Assembly: GCA_013115145.1 (NCBI GenBank)
Contig: JAAPAO010000191.1
Location: forward strand, 1-55,643
Length of the DNA: 55,643 nt
Direction: 5' to 3'
Origin: Perkinsus chesapeaki ATCC PRA-425
Taxonomy: Eukaryota; Protista; Perkinsozoa
In this document: positions 1 to 9,241 of the stretch, one piece after another
How positions within the stretch are numbered: the first letter of the stretch is position 1
Layout of the letters: every line of letters starts with the position of its first letter
The notes under the pieces: generated by a model
Told to the model about the DNA's origin: nothing
What the model saw: only the letters and a program-made list of their open reading frames with translations
Databases searched by the model: none
Position numbers and translations under genes: made by a program

Positions 1-73
1 TCTAACCGTTTCTTCTAGCGTGCTTGTGGGCGAGCGACACCAGTCATCTGAACACATCATCATACCTTCAACA
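1..73. mobile_element. Foreign sequence abutting the subtilisin pseudogene, possibly the terminus of an LTR-type element (reads TGTTGAAGG... inward on the - strand; ends ...CTTCAACA on +)
   Basis: Subtilisin homology stops abruptly after ...GYATG (GGG at 76-74), exactly where the paralog continues GTS. The new sequence starts TGT. Only 73 bp are visible. Confidence 0.4.
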
Positions 74-882
74 CCCTGTCGCATAACCATATCCTCCTGT
101 TATTGTTGTGGTCAGAATGTTGACTCCCGGAGCGGCGATGTCCTCATAGTTGGCGAAGTTAGCGCGGGGATCGAGTCTCATGCTTGATCCAATCGTTGCA
201 GTAACACACAGCATTCCCTTCAAGTGTGTAGTCAATGAGCACGGGAAGCGCTTATTGACGGTTATATCCCTTCCATCGTTTCCAGCAGCAACAACCATGA
301 GAATTCCTGCGGCATCTGCCTCCTTGACCTTAGCATCGAAATCTCTAGTTGTTTCGGAAGCCGAATTAGCAAACAATATTATCTTAATGTTTCGGCGGCG
401 GATTACGTAATCAATGGCAGCAGTTGCCGCCTTAAGCGAAGGGGAATCGCCGTAAGAAATGGGCATGATGTTTACTAGATCTGCCACCCCTGCCAAACCG
501 ATAGAGTTGTTGAGGGTGGCACCGCGAACACCGGCCATCTTAGTGCCATGCCCGTCTACGTCATATGTATCATCATCATGGGTAATAACATTATATCCCT
601 TTATAACATTGGCTACCAAATCTTCGTGGTCGGCATTTACACCGCCGTCAATGAGAGCTACGGTAACCTTTTCCCTCTTTACTCGAGTTGATACTAAGCG
701 CTTCGGAAGCGCCGCTTCCACGCTTGCGAAACATTAATGGCTTGAAGATAGGGGACCTGCTCCTTGTATAGTGGGTCGTCCACGGGGGCGCTGACAGTCA
801 GACCGGGAAGGTGCTGCACGACCTCACATACACCCGTTACCCAAAAGACTACGTTGCCAAAAACAACGAGGCGAGTAAACAT
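74..882 (-). pseudogene. Subtilisin-like serine protease (peptidase S8) pseudogene
   Basis: ORFs 694..882 and 68..721 are colinear with the paralog at 3394..4392 (LIDGG, DGHGT, AAGNDG motifs). A 14-bp insertion at 705-718 shifts the frame, and the sequence is truncated just before the catalytic Ser. Confidence 0.92.
698..719. repeat. Perfect 22-bp X(1-7)/revcomp(X)/X(2-8) scar, X=GCGCTTCC
   Basis: GCGCTTC GGAAGCGC CGCTTCC. The paralog has a single GCGCTCCC at 4222-4229. Confidence 0.9.
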
Positions 883-998
883 TTTGAACTCAGAATGGTA
901 GTAAGAAGGCTACACTGAGAAGTCCATGCATGCTTCCCGTTGTACTCTGAATAGTATTTAAAGCACATTGCATAGTGCAGAGTGCGAGCGGGAGTTCA

Positions 999-1020
999 GT
1001 GGAGCTGCTCCACTGGAGCA
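999..1020. repeat. Perfect 22-bp scar, X=GTGGAGCA
   Basis: GTGGAGC TGCTCCAC TGGAGCA. The paralogous region has a single GTGGAGCA at 4512-4519. Confidence 0.9.
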
Positions 1021-1406
1021 CATTTACCTAGCTATATTCTCCCGCTAGCTCGGCGTGGGGCACGATCACACGTTGAGACCCTCACTGACAAGCCATGGGA
1101 AGACGTAAGTCTGCTTTGCTACGTCATTCATCACCTGCTCTCATAGAGCGTCGCTCTCAGACGACTTATTGAGACCTGTTTAGCGCTAAGCAGGTTAGGC
1201 TCGATGCGCCGCAGCAAAATTACTGCGCTCCTGTTGCGCCGCCACATGATCGTCGGTCAAATGACTGCTCGCTGTGTGTATTAAATACGGTTATTTGAAA
1301 ATTCGCACGATACGGTTAGTGTACGGTGGACACTGTCCGAGCGAGGATTGGACGAGAACTCGAATGCGAGGAGGTGGAGAATAAAGAACTTTTGCGCAAT
1401 GTCCGC

Positions 1407-1428
1407 GTGCAACGGTTGCACTGCAACC
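1407..1428. repeat. Perfect 22-bp scar, X=GTGCAACC
   Basis: GTGCAAC GGTTGCAC TGCAACC. Confidence 0.88.
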
Positions 1429-1654
1429 GTGGAGACAGTGGGTTGTGTCAGACTGCTGCACCAGTAGTATTTATAATTTGCAATTAAAAAAGTTGAGGCT
1501 GTGGCAAGGCACTGTCGCTGGTTCACTGTGACTCTGACATCTATCCTATGAGAGTGCTTGCGTTCAAAGAAACTGATTTCTGTACAACAGCGTTCGGTGC
1601 GTAATTTATGGGTGCGTAACTTTTAGTGTTCGCTGCCTGCTTAGATGACCCAAG

Positions 1655-1697
1655 TTCAAACGGGGAGTGACCTACGCTAGGTCACTCCCGGCTTGAA
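1655..1697. repeat. Inverted repeat (~20-bp arms, 3-nt loop)
   Basis: TTCAAACG GGGAGTGACCTA CGC TAGGTCACTCCC GGCTTGAA; 12-bp perfect core. Confidence 0.75.
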
Positions 1698-1750
1698 TTA
1701 AGAGAGTATCTGCTTTATAGGACCTGCTGGGTGGTGTATCAGCCAAGATT

Positions 1751-1772
1751 AAGTCTACTAGACTCAGTCTAG
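1751..1772. repeat. Near-perfect 22-bp scar (1 mismatch)
   Basis: AAGTCTA CTAGACTC AGTCTAG. Confidence 0.75.
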
Positions 1773-2009
1773 TTGGTGCGCAATAGCGTATCCAGTACCC
1801 TTCATGTTTACTCTCTGTAAAAAGTTGACCGTTACATGCCAACGCACAGTGATGTGTGAGCTAGCTGTACCGTGTATTACACAGTGTGTAACACAGGGTC
1901 TGCTCAGAAAGTTCCCCGCCGAAACATTGCTCAACCGAGAGGGAGCGGATCCGCAGGTACTCGCTGAATCTGAGTTACTAACTCAATAACTTGTCTTAGC
2001 GAAGTTGGC

Positions 2010-2031
2010 GATGTAGACTACATCATGTAGT
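2010..2031. repeat. Perfect 22-bp scar, X=GATGTAGT
   Basis: GATGTAG ACTACATC ATGTAGT. Confidence 0.88.
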
Positions 2032-2299
2032 AGTAGATGGAGATGCCGTACATCTTATTTACCAATTTATCATGATGACAAAGATTTGCAATGAGGTTAT
2101 ACCATACCGGTTGTAGTAGAAGCGTTATAGGCTAAGGTTAGACACCTTCAGTGGTTACTTGCTCCTGATTATACTTACCATTCTAAGTTATAGTATGAAC
2201 TCCCTACGAAGCAATGCTATATTGGTAAGGAACCAACACTATCTTGGGTATTGCAATACTACGCTCGAGACTGCTCTCAACACGACAAGACATCACCCA

Positions 2300-3238
2300 T
2301 CAACTCCCTGTAATATCTGCATGTGCGCTTGAATGATTCAAGTTGAATCCACTTTCTCTTAGTTTGCCCAACAAATCAAGTTCAGTCAATTTTCGTGCAT
2401 GGCCGGCTACGTAGTGGTTCGCCATCACTCCTGAACTCTTAGAAACACTCCCCAGAAGGCTACCTGTGTGTATCTGCAATTCACGGAAAGTGTTACTTCC
2501 CAAACGCTGAAATTTGCACGACGGACCAACTACGTTGCCATTCGACTCCCGATTTTTTGTTTGAGTCTCGCTTGCGAGGTCAGTGAGATCATGCACATTT
2601 TGTATTGTGGCAGAGAATATCGGTAGGTTCGTTACTTACAGTAAGTAACTTGCTCTAGAGTTGGTTTTTGATTCTCTCCTTGAAGGATTTCGTATGGACT
2701 GAGCATCCCAATTTCGTTCGTTCGTCATTATAGGCTCGCACTCAATATTAAACTCAAAACTTATATCGGGAATAAAGGAAAAGTTAAGAGCGACAGCAAC
2801 ATCGCTATGATAGAGGCGTTTGCAAGATAAGTGACGTGGGTGGGATGGTGCGACAGCGGTGGAACCCAGTACACAAAAGGCACGCATGACCCACATAATT
2901 ACAGAACTACTTCGAGACTAGACTCGGCAAATGTTACAGACGCTGTACAGAAACTGCACTGCAGATCGGTGTTGAAGAACTTGAGACTATAACTACTAGT
3001 TTTACCCTCGTACAAGATTGAAGTTCCGCGTGGTTTTGGACGGGATAGCAACTTGACTGTTGAGTTGCCAGTGGCAGCTACCAAGAAAACCAACTTCAAA
3101 CAAAAGTGCAATTAAACCAGCGAGAGCGTACGTATCTGATGCGGCAGCATCGATCGCAAACTGGACGACATACCAACAGATCACACCATCGAGACCAAGG
3201 ATAATATAGAGTTCGACATTCGTCGCAACGTCGGCCAC
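2300..3238 (-). pseudogene. Possible decayed or multi-exon hypothetical gene
   Basis: Run of co-oriented protein-like ORF fragments in different frames (2300..2596, 2636..2896, 2899..3111, 3002..3238); no recognisable family. Confidence 0.25.
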
Positions 3239-3286
3239 TATGTCACAAAATACAGCCGATTATGAGGCATTACATGGGCGTGCTAC

Positions 3287-3307
3287 ACTGGAATCCCAGT
3301 CTGGGAT
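3287..3307. repeat. Near-perfect scar (1-nt deletion), X=ACTGGGAT
   Basis: ACTGGA ATCCCAGT CTGGGAT. Confidence 0.7.
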
Positions 3308-3393
3308 CAGCTTGAAGTTACACGGGATGGAGACAGGATCACATAAAAGATAAAACGGTTGTCATTGAGAACTGTGAGGGCTGCGAGAGCTTC

Positions 3394-4392
3394 TCACAGT
3401 TTTCTCGGAAGGAGCTTTGCCACAGCCTTGTCAGCATCAATACGTCCAAAGGGGAAAACCCTTCTCCCACTCGAGTCTTTCACACCATTCTTTGCAGTGT
3501 CCTTGAGTATCTTCTTAGCATCAGCTGGCATAAGGGTCGGAGCAAGACTGTAGAGCATCGCAGCCACACCAGCAACGATGGCTGCTGCAGCAGAAGTGCC
3601 TCCAACATAACTGTAACCACCGTTCATTACAGTGCTCACAATGTCAGTTCCTGGAGCAGCAATATCCAGATAGTTGGCAAAGTTCGAGTCAGCATCGAGT
3701 CTCATGTTCGACACACCCGTCGCAGTAACGCACAACATTCCCTTCAGTTGTGTGGTAAAGGCGCAAGGAAAGCGCCTGTCCGTGGTTATATTCTTTCCTT
3801 CATTCCCGGCGGTGACAATTGTAAGAATGCCTGCGGCATCTGCCTCCTTGACTTTAGCAGTGAATGTCCCTGGGCTCGCATTAGCCGAACTAGCCATCAG
3901 TATGATCTTTACGTGCTTTTGGCGGATAACATAATCAATAGCACCAGTCATCGATGCGAATGATGGGGGTTCACCGTAAAAAATGGGCATGATGTTTACT
4001 AGATCTGCCACACCTGCTAAACCGATAGAGTTGTTGAGGGTAGCACCGAGAACACCGGCCATCGCAGTGCCGTGCCCATTCCTATCATGGGTATCACCGT
4101 TATGGTCAATAACATTATAGCCTTTGATAACATTGGCAACCAAGTCGGGATGGTCCGACTGCACACCGCTGTCGATAACAGCTACGGTAACCTTTTCTCT
4201 CCTAACTCGAGTTGATACTAAGCGCTCCCACGCACTTGGGACACCAATGGCTTGGAGGTAAGGCAGCTGCTTCTTGTATAGCGGGTCGTTGACGAGGACC
4301 TTAGCCGTTACCTGCAGAGGAGGCTGCTCTGCCTCGCGTAGGCCCGTTACCCAAACGGCGACGTAACCGAAAGCAAAGAGGTGTGTAAACAT
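3394..4392 (-). CDS. Secreted subtilisin-like serine protease (peptidase S8), intronless, 332 aa
   Basis: Hydrophobic N-terminus, Asp (VIDSG), His (NGHGT), oxyanion Asn (AGNEG), Ser (GGTSAAA); single open ORF. Confidence 0.96.
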   Translation of the reverse strand: MFTHLFAFGYVAVWVTGLREAEQPPLQVTAKVLVNDPLYKKQLPYLQAIGVPSAWERLVSTRVRREKVTVAVIDSGVQSDHPDLVANVIKGYNVIDHNGDTHDRNGHGTAMAGVLGATLNNSIGLAGVADLVNIMPIFYGEPPSFASMTGAIDYVIRQKHVKIILMASSANASPGTFTAKVKEADAAGILTIVTAGNEGKNITTDRRFPCAFTTQLKGMLCVTATGVSNMRLDADSNFANYLDIAAPGTDIVSTVMNGGYSYVGGTSAAAAIVAGVAAMLYSLAPTLMPADAKKILKDTAKNGVKDSSGRRVFPFGRIDADKAVAKLLPRKL

Positions 4393-4627
4393 TTTGAAGC
4401 GAAAAGGCTAGGACGGCTGCTACACCGGGGACTCCTTGCATGCTCTTTGTTTTCTTTTAGCGAGTATTTAAAACACATTGTGCGAGGCAGATTGCGAGCA
4501 GGATCCGTTTAGTGGAGCACATTTACTATATTCTGTCGCCTGCTCCATGGGGGGGCACGATTATACGTTGAGACTCTCACTGACAGGTCATGGGAGGACG
4601 CACGGCTGCTTTGCTGAATGAGGTTGC

Positions 4628-4670
4628 GGTGATGAATGACGTAGAAAAGTTTTCAACGTCGTTCATCACC
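4628..4670. repeat. Fold-back inverted repeat (21-bp arms, 1-nt loop) present only in the copy-2 upstream block
   Basis: GGTGATGAATGACGTAGAAAA G TTTTCAACGTCGTTCATCACC. Copy 1 has only the right arm (ACGTCATTCATCACC). Confidence 0.8.
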
Positions 4671-4749
4671 TGCTCTCAGGGAGTGTCACTCGTAGTAGAC
4701 TCAATTGTGCGCTGAGCAGATACTATCTGCTAGATATGCGGCGCTATCA

Positions 4750-4790
4750 ATGCGCCGCTATCTGCCAGATAGCGGCGCATCGCGCCGCTA
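4750..4790. repeat. Perfect 15-bp hairpin followed by a re-inverted partial copy
   Basis: ATGCGCCGCTATCTG C CAGATAGCGGCGCAT C GCGCCGCTA. Confidence 0.85.
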
Positions 4791-5898
4791 CATGGTCATT
4801 GGTCAAATGACTACTAGTTATGTGTATTCAATACAGTTATATGAATATTTGCACAATACGATTAGTGTCTGTTGTGACTATAACTGGTGTTGATCCCTAC
4901 GAATTTTTGCACGTTATACTTTCCGCGGAAGCGCGAGGCAGAGCGGGTGTGCGTTGTGCGGACTAGCAAAAAACGGCGCGTAAGCAACCGAACACTTGCG
5001 AGCAATCAAATCAGCTTTCAGGCTTCCTTCATGGCGACAACCGCACTGTCAAGCAGCACCTACAATATTTTTTGTCGGTGCGCAGCGGTCGGTTATTTTT
5101 TTGTCCGCGCAGTTTAACGTAGCGGTAGTAAAAACCTGCGCGGATAAGAATACATGAGTGCAATTTTACTGCATGGCACCTGCATAGACACGCAGAGAGC
5201 GATACATACTCCATGTCCATGAAATGTTTGTCCTAATATACATGTCCATGAGAACATGTTCGAGATTTGTCCAATCCTAGACAGAGAGGTGTCTCTCGAT
5301 GAATAATCAATTGGTCCACTCAACTGGACAACAGTATTGTTAGAGTACCATCGTAGACATGGATAGCCCCACTCTGTCGAACGATCATAGATCATAGATG
5401 ACACGTACTGTACTTGGGATATGACAGACTCGCTGTCGACTTGGGCTATTCTCGCTCGCCCTATCGTTCCCTGAGTTATCTACAGTATTGGTTGTTCACG
5501 AACTGGGTGATGCAGAACTTAACTGTGGTGCGATGGCTTGGAGTACAGCTCGCTCTCGGAGCAACTCAACTTCATGCCACTACAAGGTGTTTTCCGCCTA
5601 ATTCCGGTGTAGCAGTGCAGTAGCTGGTGCACACTATGCATTCGTCCTCGTCAAATCATATCATATCGCGGTAGCACATCTGCTGCGCAGTTACTGCTTG
5701 CTCTAATTCGGTCTTTTGCCAGCGCTTTCACTGATCATACAATTCGCCGTCGAATAGTGTAAAACAATAGTCTTTCAGTTATACGATTCTTATCATGTTG
5801 TAAGTCGCATTGATACAGTGGATGTAGCGTATCGCCAGTGCTGAGATGCTAATACAGTAATACGATACCAATGTAATCCATAACTGCCGTGAGTGCTA

Positions 5899-5920
5899 GT
5901 TATAGGCTATAACTTATAGT
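5899..5920. repeat. Near-perfect 22-bp scar (1 mismatch)
   Basis: GTTATAG GCTATAAC TTATAGT. Confidence 0.75.
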
Positions 5921-6529
5921 TCTTTTAGAGACAACGTCATCCGGCATTTCCAAGTTGTTAAGCGCGACGAAAAAATCTTGGAAAGGAATGACCACTAATC
6001 ACAACACTCGATCTCACTAGATGGACTCGTATTGCCTGGTTCCTGGACTGGAGCTTCTGGATATCAAATAATAGGGGTCTATAGGATTGGGCTTCGACAT
6101 GAAGACCGTGGGTTCGTTTTCTAGCTGGACTTAAGTCGACAACTCTCGGGGATACACAACATCACACTTGGTGAAATTGATTTGAATCACCGGGACAGCA
6201 AAAGTGCTTGATGATCAAGGCCGATACAGACGTAAAACATATGACCGGAGGTCAGCGGTATCCTATACTTCAGTGCCTATATCTACGGTGCTAAATAGTA
6301 AACTGCTGACTATACAAAGCTATAAATAATGGCGACCTCTGATGAGCAAAGGCCAAAAGCCATGAAGGAAATGTTTTGTAACCAAAATTGAAACCAGCAT
6401 GGAGAACGTGCTCCGTGAAAATAAAAATCATAATCGCTTGGACCCCAACCAGCTTGTTATTGCTACGCTCACGAACTTTGTAACGTCCCTGTGGAGAACA
6501 AAATGATAAATCCATAGCATATCATTCCA

Positions 6530-8934
6530 CTACGAAAAATTAAGCCGCAAAAAGTGGTGTGATTCAAGTTTGAACTGCGGGATTCGAAAAATGCGTTCAT
6601 ACTCAAGACTAACCGTAGGAGCCCCATGGGGGTTTTGAGAAGCCACAGAGGGGAATGAAAGCGCGGTGCTGAACCTTTTTTGTGGCCTATCACTCTGGCT
6701 AAACACTAACTTCCGAGCTAAATTTTCCCGAAAAGCTCTCCTTGAGAGTACAACCCAAATACTTACGCATTTTTATGGCTGGACCAATAACAATGAGAGG
6801 CTCCTTCTATCTAAGAGACACTCTTACTGTTTGCTAAAGGTTCTAAGTTCCATACCATTAGCATATCAACTCCGGCTTGTTTCTCTGTTATCGAAACCGG
6901 GTACCACGGATCAGCCTTGCCGTTAATAGATATGACATTAGTTGTAGAGTGCAGTCCTTTCCCGCCATACTTACGGCATATTTTCTTAACTTTCTGGTTC
7001 ACCTGATAATAGACTTAACCGTAGCCGTTTGGTCTACTCTGTTCACGTCTTCCTCCGGGATTCCGAATCCACTGTCACACTGCTCGAGCAAGTGGGCTAG
7101 TCGGTCCTCGGATCTCATAAAAGGACATCTGTTTGACTCGTCACAAGGTGAGAAGAGTCCGAGGCCATTGCATGCGATGAAAGTCAGCAACCTGTCTCGT
7201 GAATTATACCTGGGATCCGCCAACCTACACAAGCTACGATATAGAGTTCAAGTCAACGGAACTGCTTGATAGTTCCCTTACTCCTGCAGCTCCTGGTTCC
7301 AATCAAAGTTGCGGCAGCTCTGAGGTGGGATGGGATTATTTGTGTTACACACAGCAGCGAGCTTATCCAGAGGTGCTTCCCTGGATAGAAAGGTATAGTA
7401 CACACTTACTGACCTGCTCTGGACAGAGCCTACTGGCCAGTGGCAAATCTTCTACATATTCTCTCGATGTTGCAGTAGTCCTCGGAGCAAGAAGGATTGT
7501 TGCCTTGTATATCGAAGGCGAGCAGGGTTGGTCCTTGCGTACTGAAAAGAGAAAATGCTGCCATTTTGGCGAAAAACTTTGTGGCCCCACGCGTAGAGCT
7601 GGTTGCTTCGTTTGTCGAGAACCCCAGAGCAAATATGGAACTTCTGCTCGAGCATACGACGTCTTTCTGGTGTATCCAAGTTGCCGGCAAAAGCCGCATG
7701 AGCTTGAGTCACCTGATTTGCTGCCTACATCCTCGTATACACAGAGAACACACCTCTGCCAGGCACTGGTCGCTCCCACCTAGCTTTGGATTCGAGAAAT
7801 CGTGAGCTGCTACGGAGTTGTAACTAAGTGAACAAAAATATGAGAGAGTAGTTAGCCTGTGTTACTGAGACTTTTTGACTTACTCATTATACGCCACTTT
7901 GATATCGAAAGGTGAGGAGGAAGCTACGGCTCCGATGAACAGATCAGGATACAACTGTCGAGCCCAGGAAGCCAAAGACTAAGATCAACTGCTATCCTAT
8001 GCCATTCCTTCATTTACTCACGCCAGTGTAACTGTCTCCAAATAAGACGATTTTCATCGGGGCAGCAGAACGTAGAACCCGAGTTATATAGGAGGCGAAA
8101 CTTCTTATATCTTGCAAAGTTTGAGATATAGTGAGGAGCTTCTTCAATTTCTTTGCTGAGACAACTGGTGTCGGTTTACTGTCGCCAAAGTACCTAGGAG
8201 GCAAAGGAAAGCTCTAACAGTTCCGAGACACCCGTCATATGGACGTATACGACAGTGAAAATCTAAACAAGCCGATATACCATTGACAGCCAACCAGTGC
8301 TCTACCTGTGCTCTAGGGCTACCATAGCAGCCTTTAGAGTCTGAGCAGGGATGGTTACTTCGTATCCAATGATACCACGGCTTATCACATCACCAATGTA
8401 GATGAAAAGTAACTGAGTATTACTACTGAAGACGCACCAGGCGAGATGGTTGGTCGCTAGAGCTGAGGCTGTTTTGAGTTTGGAGGGGCTACCGGTTTGC
8501 TAGGATCGAAATAGTCCTTGTTAATCAGGTATCGCTGAGTGAAGGTCCCCGCCTTTGGACCTGACATTATTGAATCCTAGCCTCACTGAAGGCGACACTG
8601 TCGCCCACCTAGATAATGGTCACCAACTTGGCTAGGATAAACCGCCATCTCGAAACCTTTCAGCCTTCGCGTGGCATTTGTGCGGGGATACCTGAGGCGT
8701 TACGAGGAGGAACAAGGATTGCCAATTTTTTCCTGTAGTCCATCATTGGACACATCCTAAAGGAGCATAGCACCGGGTCCGCCGTCGCAATAGCCGGGTG
8801 TTGCTCGGCAATGCTTACAGGTCATCAGCTCTCAAATTGTCAACTTGAGGGTGCGCCACAACACCATTGAAGACGTACCAGATTAAAAGAAGGATGATAG
8901 ACATGAAGGCAAAGAACGACTCGGTTTTGCACAT
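6530..8934 (-). CDS. Secreted serine carboxypeptidase, family S28 (PRCP/DPP7/TSSP-like), multi-exon; 3' end approximate
   Basis: Spliced reading gives signal peptide MCKTESFFAFMSIILLLIWYVFNGVVA, TFTQRYLIN, ALEHR|YFGDS, nucleophile elbow LFGDSYTG|SLASWARQLYPDLFIGAVASSSP, NGKADPW (Asp) and IEGASHC (His). GTAAGT/GTGAGT donors flank these exons. Confidence 0.9.
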
Positions 8935-9241
8935 ACCAGGTTTGTCACTCCGGAGAGGGTTATTCTATCAACCGGTTCACTATAGGAGCCCTGAAAACTG
9001 TGAAAACAGCAAGCAGCACCGAGTGAAAAGGTAAACGACGCCAGGTGACGTAAACGATATCACGGTCACGAACCGTTTCTCACGGTAATGCTTGTCCCTG
9101 ACTTGGATCGAGGCGTCACGAATAGGGCTTGTGTAGACGCGCAGTTGGTGCAATCGATACCTTGTGGAGGGGCCACATCCTTGCACGCGAGAGTTGCCTG
9201 AGAACTCCTCTACAGTTTGTCCGAGTGTTAAGTGGCTGGTA

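Larger units (their letters stand above)
883..1450 (-). promoter_or_regulatory. Upstream non-coding block shared with the second subtilisin (4393-~4960)
   Basis: Colinear shared motifs (GTATTTAAA, GGAGCACATTT, GGGGCACGAT, CGTTGAGAC, CTCACTGACA, TTCATCACCTGCTCTCA, GGTCAAATGACT) in both copies. Confidence 0.75.

Noticed and set aside
2300-2596. KLRESGFNLN recalls the LTR-retrotransposon RT motif L..LR..GF.LN..K
   Set aside because: No upstream YxDD motif or other RT, RNase H or integrase motifs.
7018-7037. ACCGTAGCCGTTTGG resembles the dinoflagellate/Perkinsus spliced leader (ACCGTAGCCATC/TTTGGCTCAAG)
   Set aside because: Only 9 bp match exactly, the GCTCAAG end is missing, and it is antisense to an S28 coding exon (VDQTATVK).
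7199-7805. Long + strand ORFs (194 aa, 102 aa)
   Set aside because: Antisense to S28 exons that have recognisable motifs and splice sites.
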